This document shows, piece after piece, positions 51,650 through 61,647 of a stretch of 64,000 nucleotides of DNA. Every line of letters begins with the position of its first letter. The stretch's first letter is position 1. Made by a program: the position numbers and the translations under genes. The notes under the pieces are model-generated. The model was given only the letters and a program-made list of their open reading frames with translations. It had not been told where the DNA came from and ran no database searches. The stretch is from the NCBI GenBank assembly GCA_965202685.1, contig OZ241853.1:2585622-2649621 (forward strand), read 5' to 3'. The DNA comes from Gammaproteobacteria bacterium (lineage in GTDB: Bacteria; Pseudomonadota; Gammaproteobacteria; Eutrophobiales; Eutrophobiaceae).

Positions 51650-53029
51650 ATGAAAAAGGCGCTTATCTGGTTCACGCTGTTGCTGCCCCTCTGGATGACA
51701 GGTTGCTCCCGTCCGGGACTGCCTGAGTCCGATGTGTTCTTCATTATGAATGTCACATTGATAGACGGCACCGGCGCCCCGCCTCGCCCCGGCGTCCACA
51801 TCCGCGTCTCCAAGGGGATCTTCACCCATATCAGCCCGAATCTGTTGCCCCCCGCTGGCGCGGAGATCATGGACGGCACCGGCAAATTCGCCATTCCGGG
51901 GTTGATCGACGCCCATGTCCACTTGGGCGCTCCCATGGCGTTTCAGCTCACCCCCGAGGAGAAGGCGGAGATCGTGGCGCACACCCCCAAGGCCTTTCTC
52001 TACAATGGCGTCACCACCATCCTGGATGTTTCCTCGGAAGCGGATTGGATCTTCGAGCAACGGCTCGCTGAGCGGAAGGGCAGCCTGATATCCCCGCGCA
52101 TTTACGCCACGGGCCGCTCCTTCACGCCGGAGGGCGGCTGGGGCAGTCGGCATGGCGGCGCGTTGGCGGACACCAACGCGGCCCTGGCGCGGGCCCGGGA
52201 TTATCTGAACCGTGGCGCAGACGGTTTCAAGGTGGTCATCGAGGACGGATTAGGCGCCTCCGGGACCTATGTCCGCATGGATGATGCAATGCAACAGGCC
52301 ATCGCTGAGTTCGCCCACGCAAACGGGGTTCCCATCTACACCCATGCCATCAACCTGGATGAATTTCACTCGGCGGTGGCCTTAGGTTCCAAGGCGATTG
52401 TCCATGGCTTGGAGGATCCCATCCCCCCGGGAGACACGCTGTTGCAGGACATGGTGGCTAAGGACGTCGCGTTGGTGCCTACCCAGAGCCTTTGGGAGGC
52501 CTTTTTGCGGCACGATGACGCGGCCGCCAACCTGAAAGACCGCGTCCTGCGCGCCAGCGTCCCCCGCTTCCTGCTGAAACACATGAGGGATCCGGACTAC
52601 CGGGCCGAAGAGACCCGGCGGTTTCAAGAAGTGGCCCGGATGCCGGTTTACCAATGGGTCGAGGAGAAGCTCCCGATTTTTCGGGAGAACATCCTGAAGG
52701 CGCATCAGGCTGGCGTTCTGCTGGCGACTGGCACGGACGCCGGCGGGCCGGTGGGCTACAATTTTCAGGGCTACAACACCCCCTGGGAAGTCAAGCTCCT
52801 CACGCAGGCGGGGTTGAGTCCCATGGAGGCCCTGGTGGCCGCCACCCGCAACGGCGCTCGGGTGATCGGCATTGAAGACCAGCTGGGGACGGTGGAAGAG
52901 GACAAATTAGCGGATCTCCTGCTCCTGGACGCGAATCCTTTGGAAGACATAGAAAACATCCGCCGGATACACATGATCATCCACAAGGGCAGGGTCTATC
53001 CGCGCAAATACTTCGCCTACCATCGCTGA
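51650..53029 (+). CDS. lipoprotein amidohydrolase-family metallo-hydrolase (paralog of 47356..48666)
   Basis: ATG 51650 after SD aggagg. Lipobox …LWMTGCS. GLIDAHVHLG motif. Confidence 0.7.
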   Translation: MKKALIWFTLLLPLWMTGCSRPGLPESDVFFIMNVTLIDGTGAPPRPGVHIRVSKGIFTHISPNLLPPAGAEIMDGTGKFAIPGLIDAHVHLGAPMAFQLTPEEKAEIVAHTPKAFLYNGVTTILDVSSEADWIFEQRLAERKGSLISPRIYATGRSFTPEGGWGSRHGGALADTNAALARARDYLNRGADGFKVVIEDGLGASGTYVRMDDAMQQAIAEFAHANGVPIYTHAINLDEFHSAVALGSKAIVHGLEDPIPPGDTLLQDMVAKDVALVPTQSLWEAFLRHDDAAANLKDRVLRASVPRFLLKHMRDPDYRAEETRRFQEVARMPVYQWVEEKLPIFRENILKAHQAGVLLATGTDAGGPVGYNFQGYNTPWEVKLLTQAGLSPMEALVAATRNGARVIGIEDQLGTVEEDKLADLLLLDANPLEDIENIRRIHMIIHKGRVYPRKYFAYHR

Positions 53030-53153
53030 GGGCGAGGGGAGGCGCGCTTCATGCTTCGCTCCATTGGGGAACGCCTGCGCCGCGGGGCGGCCTCGTTTCG
53101 CCAGGGCCGTTTTTTCAGGCTTGCGGCCCTTTGCCTGTGAGGAGGGCAAAACC

Positions 53154-54758
53154 ATGTTGAAGAGTCCCGTGGAAAGCGGCCTGTTTGGGTCGCTGTTTCG
53201 GCGCTCCCTGCCATTGCTGTTGGCGGCGGTTTGCGCCCAGTCATGGGCTTATGAACCCGACGCGCCTTTCGCCCAGGCGCTGAGCAAGAGCGGCGAGGCT
53301 TGGGCGCGGCAGGATCAAGCCATAGACCGGCGTTTGGCGGCCCTGGAGCAACGCTTTGGCAAACGGCCCAACATCGTGTTCGTGTTGGGCGATGATGTGG
53401 GCTGGGGAGAGTTGGGGTCCTATTTTGGGGGCAAGTTGCGCGGCACGCCGACGCCGAATTTGGACCGGCTGGCGGCGTCGGGCATCAAGTTTCTGTCCCA
53501 CTACTCCGAGCCGTCCTGCACGCCCACCCGTTTGGCTTTGCTGACGGGGCGATATCCGGTGCGCACGGGAGTGGATGTGGTGCTGTGGCCGGGGCAGACG
53601 CAAGGCCTGGCCCCGGAGGAGCTGACCATCGCCGAGGTGTTGTCCGCGGCCGGCTACCACACCGCCATGTTCGGCAAGTGGCATGTTGGCGAGCTGGAGC
53701 CGCACGCGCCGGAGAACCAGGGTTTTGACTACGCTTATTACGGTTTGTACAACGGCGCGATTTACTCCTGGGCGAACCAGGATGAGTTCTACCAGACGCA
53801 GACCCTGGACGGCCCTGGCTACTCTTACGATTTTCCCGGCTCCCTGGAGGATTACCGGCGAGAATACGGCATAGAGATTTTGGGGGCCTTGGAAGGCAAG
53901 AAGGGGCAGGGGCGCCGGGAGGTGGAGAAGATGCACAGCGAGTCCATGGTGGAAATGGAGGCGCAGTCCATTGCGAAGATCAAGGCGTTCATTCGAGACA
54001 AGGCCCAGGACCAGCGGCCGTTTTTCGTGTATTGGGCCAGTTACGCGCAACAAATGGCGGCCTCGCCGCGGGAATATCGGTTTGGCGAGGGGCTGGATTA
54101 CCGCAACAACCAGTCGGCGCAACTGGCGCAACATGATGATTACATTCAACAATTGCTGGACACGCTGAAGCAGGAGGGGATTGAGGAGAACACCCTGGTG
54201 GTGTGGGTGAGCGACAACGGGCCGATGTACACCTTCTGGCCCAGCGCCGGTTATTCCTGGTTGCGGGGGGCGAAGGGCCAGGTGTATGAAGGCGGGGTGC
54301 GCACGCCGGGGTTTGCCCGCTGGCCTGGGATGATTGAGCCGGGGCAAGCGGTGTTGGACAAGGTGTCGGTGACTGACTGGCTGGTCACGGTGGCGCGCGT
54401 GGCGGGCGTGGCGGAGACCCTGCCCTCGGATCGGGTGATAGATGGCATTGACCAGTTGCCGCTGTTGCTTGAGGGCGAGGGGCAGGGGCGCCGGGAATAT
54501 CTGTTTCATTACAGCGGCAACGACTTGAAGGCGGTGCGCATAGGGCCCCATAAACTGCACATCACCACTGGCTCTCAGGGGGGTCTCGCCAATTTCGAGT
54601 TCTACAACATCACCCGGGACCCGGGCGAGAAATTTGACGCCCGGATGAGCGGCCTGTGGGCCATCGCGCCGTTTCAACGGGTGGTCGCCTCGCACCAGCG
54701 TTTAATCCAGCGGCACCCGCACCGGAAGTTGCCATCGGGTTTGTTTTCCAAGCAGTGA
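53154..54758 (+). CDS. arylsulfatase-family sulfatase
   Basis: Signal peptide. Formylglycine motif CTPTRLALLTGRYP (C-x-P-x-R). LGDDVGWGE metal site and GKWHVG motif. Confidence 0.8.
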   Translation: MLKSPVESGLFGSLFRRSLPLLLAAVCAQSWAYEPDAPFAQALSKSGEAWARQDQAIDRRLAALEQRFGKRPNIVFVLGDDVGWGELGSYFGGKLRGTPTPNLDRLAASGIKFLSHYSEPSCTPTRLALLTGRYPVRTGVDVVLWPGQTQGLAPEELTIAEVLSAAGYHTAMFGKWHVGELEPHAPENQGFDYAYYGLYNGAIYSWANQDEFYQTQTLDGPGYSYDFPGSLEDYRREYGIEILGALEGKKGQGRREVEKMHSESMVEMEAQSIAKIKAFIRDKAQDQRPFFVYWASYAQQMAASPREYRFGEGLDYRNNQSAQLAQHDDYIQQLLDTLKQEGIEENTLVVWVSDNGPMYTFWPSAGYSWLRGAKGQVYEGGVRTPGFARWPGMIEPGQAVLDKVSVTDWLVTVARVAGVAETLPSDRVIDGIDQLPLLLEGEGQGRREYLFHYSGNDLKAVRIGPHKLHITTGSQGGLANFEFYNITRDPGEKFDARMSGLWAIAPFQRVVASHQRLIQRHPHRKLPSGLFSKQ

Positions 54759-54808
54759 GGGCGCGCCGCGGCTGGCCGCGGTGCCGCAACCGGTCGGCGC
54801 GGGGCCGG

Positions 54809-55738
54809 CTATTCTCTGCGGGACAGGTCAAAGGCGGCGACCACGGGCAGGTGGTCTGACAGCCCTTTCGCCCGCAGGTCAAAAAACGCTTGTTGCTCCA
54901 GGGCCGTTGCGTCCAGGGCCTGGTTATAGACGATATGGTCAATGGCGTAGGGGTATTTCTTCTTCTGGGGCCTAGGATGAGCCCGGCCCTGCAGGGCCTT
55001 TTCCAGGTCAACATAAGGCCGGGGCGGGGCGCCCGCCTCAAGGCGCCGCCATAGCGGGTCCCCCAGCTGGTCCAGTTGCCGATTGAAATCTCCTAACATG
55101 ACGAAATCCTGACCGGCCCGGGCGCCGACCCAGGCGGACAAGGCCCAGGCCTGCCTGTTGAGGGTTCGGCAAGGGTGAGTGTCGCTATCAAGGGGTTGGT
55201 AAGCGCATCCCGCCTTCAGATGAACGGCAAGCAGATGCAGGGGCCGCGCCGCGCCGGCCCTGGCTTTGGAGACGGGCGCCAGGATGAGATGGACGCCCCA
55301 GGGAAGCGTGTCCCGGGGGCCTCCCAGGGCCCTGAAATCTTGCTGGCGGAGGGCCTGCAACCCCAGGCGCCGGCCCAGATCCTTGCGCACCGCGAAACCC
55401 GCCCGTTGCATCAGTCCCCGGTTGTCGTTGCCGCGGCAGGACTTGAATTCCAGGGGCGGCCGGTTGGAGATGTGAATGTCATAGTCCGCCACTGGGAAGG
55501 CCCGGCGCGCCGCGGCGCGGTTTTCCACCTCCTGAAACGCCACCACATCGGCCCCCAATCGCTCCAGATAACGGCCAATGGCGGCGTACGCCGAGGAGTC
55601 CCGAGGTCGGCAACCCTGGTGGTCTTGCGCCGCTAAATGTTCAAGGTTCCAGGCAACGAGTTTGAGGATCTGCTCTGCCGCCGGCGCCAGGCTCGGCGTC
55701 CAGGCCAACAGGGCGGCGATGAGCAGGCGGCGGCGCAT
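54809..55738 (-). CDS. endonuclease/exonuclease/phosphatase (EEP)-family protein, secreted
   Basis: Signal peptide MRRRLLIAALLAWTPSLAPAA. LKLVAWNLEHL (EEP motif I) and …SDHLPV… (C-terminal His motif). Alternative upstream ATG at 55768. Confidence 0.5.
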   Translation of the reverse strand: MRRRLLIAALLAWTPSLAPAAEQILKLVAWNLEHLAAQDHQGCRPRDSSAYAAIGRYLERLGADVVAFQEVENRAAARRAFPVADYDIHISNRPPLEFKSCRGNDNRGLMQRAGFAVRKDLGRRLGLQALRQQDFRALGGPRDTLPWGVHLILAPVSKARAGAARPLHLLAVHLKAGCAYQPLDSDTHPCRTLNRQAWALSAWVGARAGQDFVMLGDFNRQLDQLGDPLWRRLEAGAPPRPYVDLEKALQGRAHPRPQKKKYPYAIDHIVYNQALDATALEQQAFFDLRAKGLSDHLPVVAAFDLSRRE

Positions 55739-55882
55739 TTTGTCAGGGTGAATGTTGTTTTTATGCAACTATCCCGGCTTCTGGCGCGCGTCGAGATGAG
55801 AAGGCGTCAAAACAGGGTCAGGCCTCCGTCCCCGGTTTTCCGCCTCCGGCTCCTCCCTTGCGAGGGGCATGCTTTTTTTCTG

Positions 55883-55912
55883 TTGACAAACCCACCGGCA
55901 AGCTCTTAAATA
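55883..55912 (+). promoter_or_regulatory. candidate promoter for the TonB-dependent receptor gene at 56004 (TTGACA-18 nt-TAAATA)
   Basis: Hexamers at 55883-55888 and 55907-55912. About 90 nt upstream of the ATG. Confidence 0.35.
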
Positions 55913-56003
55913 TGCACCGATGCTGAGTTCTATTGATTTTTTGCTGAAAAAACGCCGGCCGATTTTCTGGAGGCATGACACCCGCTGAGGAGGGGACAAT
56001 AAC

Positions 56004-58454
56004 ATGAATATGAAGACAGCGACATTTTTTCTGACAGCGACCTTGATTGCGACCATTGCTTTTCCCGCCTATCCGCAAGAGGTGTTGGAAGAAGTTGTTG
56101 TAACAGCGCAACGCCGGGAGCAAAACCTCCAGGATGTGCCTGTGAGCGTGACCGCCTTCACTGGCGCGGCAGTCGAACAGGGCAATATCCGGGCGGCCCG
56201 GGACTACCTTGCGTTGACGCCCAATGTGGCGTTCACCGATGACGGACAGGTGGGCAGCAAAGGCATAGGGGTGGCCATTCGCGGCGTCAGCAACATGGTC
56301 TCCGGCGCGGCGGAAAACACGGCGGTCAATTCCGTCGGCGTGTACATGGATGGTTTCAGCATCGCCTCCGTGCCTACGGGCGTGGTCAACCCCGCCTTGC
56401 CGGACATGCAGAGCCTGGAAGTCCTGCGGGGCCCCCAGGGGACTTTTTTCGGGCGCAACTCCGTAGGGGGGGCCTTGAACCTCAGAACCGCCGACCCCAC
56501 TGACGAATTCGGCTACAAGATCACCTTGGGCGGCGAGAGCTATGAAGACGCCAATGAGATGGGCAATGTCACCGCCGTTGTCAACGCGCCGGTGGCGGAG
56601 AACTTCGGCTTGCGCGGCGCGTTCATGTACGAGAACAGCGGCGGCCGGGTCAAGAACGCCTGCGCCACGGGCGCGACGGCGGCATCGTGTCCCGCGGCCT
56701 TTAACGAAAACAACTTCACCCCCAACGGGCGCAAGAACAGCGGCCACGACGAATTCTACGGACGCATCAAGGCGGTGTGGGATGTGTCGGACGACACCCG
56801 GGCCAGCGTTCACCTGAGTTATTCCGACATCGACCAGGGCCATGACGAGAATGTGCCTTCAGGCATCCTGGATGTGGACACGGTGGACACCTTAGGCATC
56901 AGCCAGGCCATAGACCCCGGGACGGGCTTCTGGCCCGCCAACCGCAGTTACCTCAGCCACGACTTGCAGGAATACAACAAGAACGAGGCCCTCATCGCCA
57001 TTGTCAGCATCGAGCATGATCTGAGGGACAACCTGAAGCTCACCTCCATCACCGGCGTGATCGATGCGGAAAACCGGCGCCTGTTCGACCAGGACCTGGT
57101 GGGCGGCGTGGACAGCATAGACCGCACCAACCGCTACGATGGCTTTTCCTGGAGCAGCGAGTTGCGCCTGGATTTTTCCGGCGACATGATGGACTGGACG
57201 GCGGGCCTGATGTATTCCAAGGATGACCAGGAGCAAAACAACAAGGTGGCCATCTCCACCAACCCGACCCATACCCTAGACGGAGTGGGCTGGTTGCCGC
57301 CTTTCCCGCAGGGCTTGGGCCTGGCGTTTAACACCAAAAACTATGAGGTGGAAGAGCAGGCGGTGTTTGGCGATTTGACCCTGCATCTGTCGGACACCCT
57401 GGATATAATCGCCGGCGGTCGTTTCACTCACAGCGATGTTGACCGCGGCTTGGCGGCCAACGGCATCCGGCCGGGGTCGCCGGAGCGCATTGCGGAGCTG
57501 GGCTTTTTCGGGAGCTGGGTCAATTTCGCGCGGCCTGTGGCGGAGGGCAGTTCGAGCTACACAGACTTTGCCCCGCGCTTCGGCGCTCGCTTCCAAGTCA
57601 CGGATGAGATGGGCCTGTACGCCATAGTGTCCAAGGGCTACAAGCCCGGGGGCAACAGCGTGGGCAACAACACCAATGTCGATGGCCATCCCGCGTTCAC
57701 TAGCGAATACGCCAAGGAGACCCTGTGGAATTATGAAATAGGGCTGAAGTCGGAGCTGTTCGACAACCGTCTGCGCCTGAACGCCGCGGCCTTTCACCTG
57801 GAATGGGAAAACCTGCAATTCGAATCCTTCTTTTTTCTCACCCCTGGCGAGCTCTCATCCAATGTTGACCAGATCATCAGCATAGAAGACGCCGAGGCCA
57901 GCGGCTTCGAGGTGGAATTTTTGGCGGTGGCGACGGAGGGGTTGACCCTCTCCGGCGGTTTCGGCTACCTGGACACTAAGGTCACCAGCGACACCACGGT
58001 GGAGTTGTCCGGCGGCTGGAAGCCGTCTCTCTTGGGTTTGGATCTGCCCAAGGCGCCAGAAGTGACCGCCAACTTGGCGGGCGAGTACCGCTGGGTCGTG
58101 GGTGCGAACGCCGAGGCCTGGGTGCGCTTGGAGTACATACACCGGGACGGGCAGTATGCCGACATCGAGGGCGTGGCTAACCGGCAACTAAACGGGCCGA
58201 CGCCGAACAACGCCATGCTTACCCACACTTCAGGCCCCAATGAGTTCCCGTACCGGACCCCGGACCATGACCTGCTGAATCTGCGGGCCGGAGTGGAGTG
58301 GGGGTCTTGGAGCGTGACCGGCTTCGTGCAGAACCTGACGGATGAGGAATACTACACCGGCACCCAGGAGAACTTCGGCGTTAGCGGCATCCGCTTGCGG
58401 CCCAATCCCCGCACCTTCGGCGGCGCCATCAGCTATAGCTACGGCGGGATCTAA
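56004..58454 (+). CDS. TonB-dependent outer-membrane receptor
   Basis: Signal peptide, plug motif EEVVVTAQRREQNLQDVPVSVTAF, 816 aa. Confidence 0.8.
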   Translation: MNMKTATFFLTATLIATIAFPAYPQEVLEEVVVTAQRREQNLQDVPVSVTAFTGAAVEQGNIRAARDYLALTPNVAFTDDGQVGSKGIGVAIRGVSNMVSGAAENTAVNSVGVYMDGFSIASVPTGVVNPALPDMQSLEVLRGPQGTFFGRNSVGGALNLRTADPTDEFGYKITLGGESYEDANEMGNVTAVVNAPVAENFGLRGAFMYENSGGRVKNACATGATAASCPAAFNENNFTPNGRKNSGHDEFYGRIKAVWDVSDDTRASVHLSYSDIDQGHDENVPSGILDVDTVDTLGISQAIDPGTGFWPANRSYLSHDLQEYNKNEALIAIVSIEHDLRDNLKLTSITGVIDAENRRLFDQDLVGGVDSIDRTNRYDGFSWSSELRLDFSGDMMDWTAGLMYSKDDQEQNNKVAISTNPTHTLDGVGWLPPFPQGLGLAFNTKNYEVEEQAVFGDLTLHLSDTLDIIAGGRFTHSDVDRGLAANGIRPGSPERIAELGFFGSWVNFARPVAEGSSSYTDFAPRFGARFQVTDEMGLYAIVSKGYKPGGNSVGNNTNVDGHPAFTSEYAKETLWNYEIGLKSELFDNRLRLNAAAFHLEWENLQFESFFFLTPGELSSNVDQIISIEDAEASGFEVEFLAVATEGLTLSGGFGYLDTKVTSDTTVELSGGWKPSLLGLDLPKAPEVTANLAGEYRWVVGANAEAWVRLEYIHRDGQYADIEGVANRQLNGPTPNNAMLTHTSGPNEFPYRTPDHDLLNLRAGVEWGSWSVTGFVQNLTDEEYYTGTQENFGVSGIRLRPNPRTFGGAISYSYGGI

Positions 58455-58544
58455 GGGGCGCCGTTCCGGGGTTCGCCCCGGTTTGCGCCTTTGGGCGGTT
58501 GCAACCGGTCCCTGTGAGTCAGAGACGCCGCGAGCGCGGCGTCT

Positions 58545-58901
58545 CTACTCGATCCAGAGATCCCGTTCCAGGTCTTTCCAGAACTCCACCCGCATCCGGC
58601 TGTGGATGAAGAGGCCCATGTAGTAAGGGTCGTTTTCCTTGTATTCCTTGTAGGGGCCTTCGTAGTCCTTGCGCCGGGTCTTGTAATTCTCGTAGTCGGT
58701 GAAGCTCTCGTACTCCCACATCAACATGCGCCGCCCGGAATCATCGCCCGCCGCGTGTTTGTCAAAGTAGCGCACGCTTTTCCATTCCGGGAACAGCTCT
58801 CGGTGGTCCTTCACCCACTGGAACCAACGGCGCATCGCCGCATCGTGTTCCTTGTTTTTGCCCTCCGCCACCAACCAGCTTTCCACCTCAAAAATAGCCA
58901 T
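58545..58901 (-). CDS. small alpha/beta-barrel protein (ABM/Dabb-like; function unknown)
   Basis: 118 aa. MAIFEVESWLV… ferredoxin-like start. No strong motif. Confidence 0.3.
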   Translation of the reverse strand: MAIFEVESWLVAEGKNKEHDAAMRRWFQWVKDHRELFPEWKSVRYFDKHAAGDDSGRRMLMWEYESFTDYENYKTRRKDYEGPYKEYKENDPYYMGLFIHSRMRVEFWKDLERDLWIE

Positions 58902-58922
58902 GGTTGTTTCCTCCCGTGATAG

Positions 58923-59141
58923 TCAGTCTGTTTGCCTGAGCGCGCCCAATTCGCTGCCGCAGGCCCGCAACACCGCCGCCGCTGGCTCTGTAGCCGCCTT
59001 GGGCCGCGCCATCGGGCCGGTTGCGCTCCCGGCCGCCGCGGCCGGCAGAGTCCCGGCGCCGGCGATCAGCGCGCCGCCGGTCGCCGCGTTTTTCAGAAAA
59101 GACCGCCGGCTGACCGCGGCGGGATGATTTTTCGCTGTCAT
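58923..59141 (-). CDS. small protein with a twin-arginine (Tat) signal peptide
   Basis: MTAKNHPAAVSRRSFLKNAATGGALIAGAG… (SRRxFLK Tat motif), preceded by SD aagggggg. Only about 35 residues follow the signal. Confidence 0.3.
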   Translation of the reverse strand: MTAKNHPAAVSRRSFLKNAATGGALIAGAGTLPAAAAGSATGPMARPKAATEPAAAVLRACGSELGALRQTD

Positions 59142-59229
59142 GTCGCCCCCCTTGGAGTGTGTGTTTGCCAAGGGGATTATGGCATGCCGCGAGCCAGTTT
59201 GCGCCCGCCTTCGGTTACAATGCCCGTCG

Positions 59230-60198
59230 ATGATTGACTGGCCCAAAGCCCCGCCCTTGCTCATCGCCGCCATAGGCGAGTGCCTGGTTGAGCAACGGGA
59301 CGACGACCCTCCCGCAGGTCATTCAGGGTTTTCGGGAGACACCTTGAATTTTGCCACCTATTTGGCGAGATTGTTGCCGGAGGCCCAGGTGTTTTACCTC
59401 ACCGCCCTAGGGGATGACGCCCTCAGCGAGCGGATGTTGGCGGCTTGGCGCGCGGAAAACATCCGCGTGGAGCTGGTGCGCCGCCGCCCAGGGAAAAGGC
59501 CCGGACGCTATGTGATCGCAACCGACCGCAACGGCGAACGGACCTTCAGCTACGACCGCGAGCAGTCGGCGGCCCGAGAGGTGTTGACGGGCGACTGCCT
59601 TGCCGCCTTGCGGGAGGCCCTGAAGGATTTTCATTTGTTCTATCTGTCCGGCATTTCCTTGGCCATACTGTCCCCCGCCGACCGGGAAAAGATGTTGGCG
59701 TTGTTGCGCTCGTTGCGCACGGCGGGGGTCATCGCCGTCTATGATTCCAATTACCGGCCGGCCCTGTGGGCCTCCGCGGAGGAAGCCCGGCGCTGGACCT
59801 GCCGGGTCTATGGCGAGGTTGACGCGGCTCTGACCGGTTTCGCCGATGAACAGGCCCTGTTTGGCGATGGCTCGCCGGCGGCGGCTTGCCGGCGCCTGGC
59901 GACCCTGGGCCCGCGGGAAATCGTCGTGAAGAATGGGTCGTCGCCCGCTGCGCTTCTGGCCGGTGGGCGCGTCTCCCGCCATCCCGTGGGCCGGCCGGCA
60001 TCAGCGGTGGACACCACGGCGGCCGGGGATTCCTTCAACGCCGGCTATTTGGCGGCGCGACTCTCTGGGCGGAGTGCGCCCGCGGCGGTGGCCGCCGGCC
60101 AGGCCCTGGCCCGTCGCGTCGTGCAATTCCCCGGCGCCATCATCCCCCGGGAAGAGCCCGCGCCGGCCCAGCCCGCAAGCCTGCTTGCGCCGGGGTAA
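59230..60198 (+). CDS. PfkB-family sugar kinase (2-dehydro-3-deoxygluconokinase-like)
   Basis: C-terminal VDTTAAGDSFNAGYLAARLSG (PfkB signature 2) and N-terminal LIAAIGECLVE. Start taken at MIDWPK (59230). Confidence 0.65.
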   Translation: MIDWPKAPPLLIAAIGECLVEQRDDDPPAGHSGFSGDTLNFATYLARLLPEAQVFYLTALGDDALSERMLAAWRAENIRVELVRRRPGKRPGRYVIATDRNGERTFSYDREQSAAREVLTGDCLAALREALKDFHLFYLSGISLAILSPADREKMLALLRSLRTAGVIAVYDSNYRPALWASAEEARRWTCRVYGEVDAALTGFADEQALFGDGSPAAACRRLATLGPREIVVKNGSSPAALLAGGRVSRHPVGRPASAVDTTAAGDSFNAGYLAARLSGRSAPAAVAAGQALARRVVQFPGAIIPREEPAPAQPASLLAPG

Positions 60199-61577
60199 TG
60201 TCCACCGGCCCGGCAAGCCCGCCCGTCAAAACCTGGTCCTCCAGGTTGGCGTTCCTGTGCGCCACCATTGGCGCCTCGGTGGGCCTGGGCAACCTGTGGC
60301 GGTTCCCCTATGTGGCGGGAGAAAACGGCGGCGGGGCCTTCGTTCTGGTCTATTTGGCGATCATCTTGTTGCTGTGCGTTCCCTTGGTCATGGCGGAACT
60401 GGCCCTGGGCCGGCGCGGAGGCAAAAGTCCGGTGGGGACGATGATCCGCCTCTGCAAGGAGGGCGGCCACGCCGGTTTTTGGAAGGCCATAGGCTGGCTG
60501 AGCGTCATCTCGCCCGTTTTCGCCCTGTGTTTTTACACGGTGGTCGCCGGTTGGTCCATGGATTACGCGATTCAGGCCCTGCGGGGTGCCTTTGTCTCCA
60601 TCACGCCGGGCGCGGCGACGGCGCAATTTGATGCTCTGTTGGCGTCGCCCGGCCGGCTGATCCTGTGGCACTCCCTATACATGGCGGCGACCGTTTTTGT
60701 GGTGGGTCTGGGCCTGCGGCGCGGCATCGAGAGGGTGACTTCGTTCATGTTGCCGGCCCTGTTCATCATGTTGCTCCTGTTGGCGGCGTACGGCCATTTG
60801 GAAGGGGCCCCAGGCGCGGCTTGGCGGTTCATGTTCAATCCCGATTTCTCCAGTCTGACCTGGAGGAGCCTGTTGTTGGCTCTGGGGCAGGCCCTGTTTT
60901 CCGTTACTGTCGGCACCGGGGCCTTGTTGACCTACGGCGCCTATCTGTCCCGGGACTCGCGCCTGCCGGGGTCTTCCTGGTTGATCGCCATCAGCGACAC
61001 CATGGCGGCCCTGCTGGCCGGACTGGCGATTTTCCCCATCGTGTTCGCCTCCGGATTAGACCCGGCGGGGGGAATGGGTTTGATGTTCGTCACCCTGCCG
61101 GTGGCCCTGGGCGCCATGCCGGGCGGACATTTCTTCAGCGTGGTGTTTTTCACTCTGGTGTTCTTCGCCGCCTTCACCTCCTCCTTAGCCATGTTGGAGC
61201 CGATAGTCTCATTTATGGAAGACCGGGGCCGCAAACGGTTCCGCACCGCCGCCATCGCTGGCGCGTTCATCTGGTTGGCGGGTTTTTCCTGCGTGTTGTC
61301 TTTCAACATCCTCAGCCAGTTCAAGCCCCTGTCCTTCATCCCCCTGTACCAGGGCCGGGACCTGTTCAGCATCATCGAGTTCACCGTGTCCAACATCATG
61401 TTGCCGCTGACCGCGCTGTTGGTGGCGTTGTTTGCCGGCTGGGTGATGTCCTCCGCCTTGCTGAGGGAGGAAATGGGCCTGAGGGGGGACCGCGTCTTCC
61501 AAACTTGGCGTTTTCTCGTTCGCTGGCTAGCGCCTGTCGGGGTGGGCAGCGTGTTGATCTTCGGCTTGGCGGCTTAG
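60198..61577 (+). CDS. sodium-dependent transporter of the neurotransmitter:sodium symporter (SNF) family
   Basis: GLGNLWRFPYVAGENGGGAFVLVYL signature. About 12 TM segments. ATG overlaps the kinase stop. Confidence 0.8.
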   Translation: MSTGPASPPVKTWSSRLAFLCATIGASVGLGNLWRFPYVAGENGGGAFVLVYLAIILLLCVPLVMAELALGRRGGKSPVGTMIRLCKEGGHAGFWKAIGWLSVISPVFALCFYTVVAGWSMDYAIQALRGAFVSITPGAATAQFDALLASPGRLILWHSLYMAATVFVVGLGLRRGIERVTSFMLPALFIMLLLLAAYGHLEGAPGAAWRFMFNPDFSSLTWRSLLLALGQALFSVTVGTGALLTYGAYLSRDSRLPGSSWLIAISDTMAALLAGLAIFPIVFASGLDPAGGMGLMFVTLPVALGAMPGGHFFSVVFFTLVFFAAFTSSLAMLEPIVSFMEDRGRKRFRTAAIAGAFIWLAGFSCVLSFNILSQFKPLSFIPLYQGRDLFSIIEFTVSNIMLPLTALLVALFAGWVMSSALLREEMGLRGDRVFQTWRFLVRWLAPVGVGSVLIFGLAA

Positions 61578-61647
61578 GGCCCTGTTGGTGCCTAAGCGCG
61601 TCTTGGAGACAGCGAGGAGCAATTAAAGCAGTTGGATTGCGTTTGGT

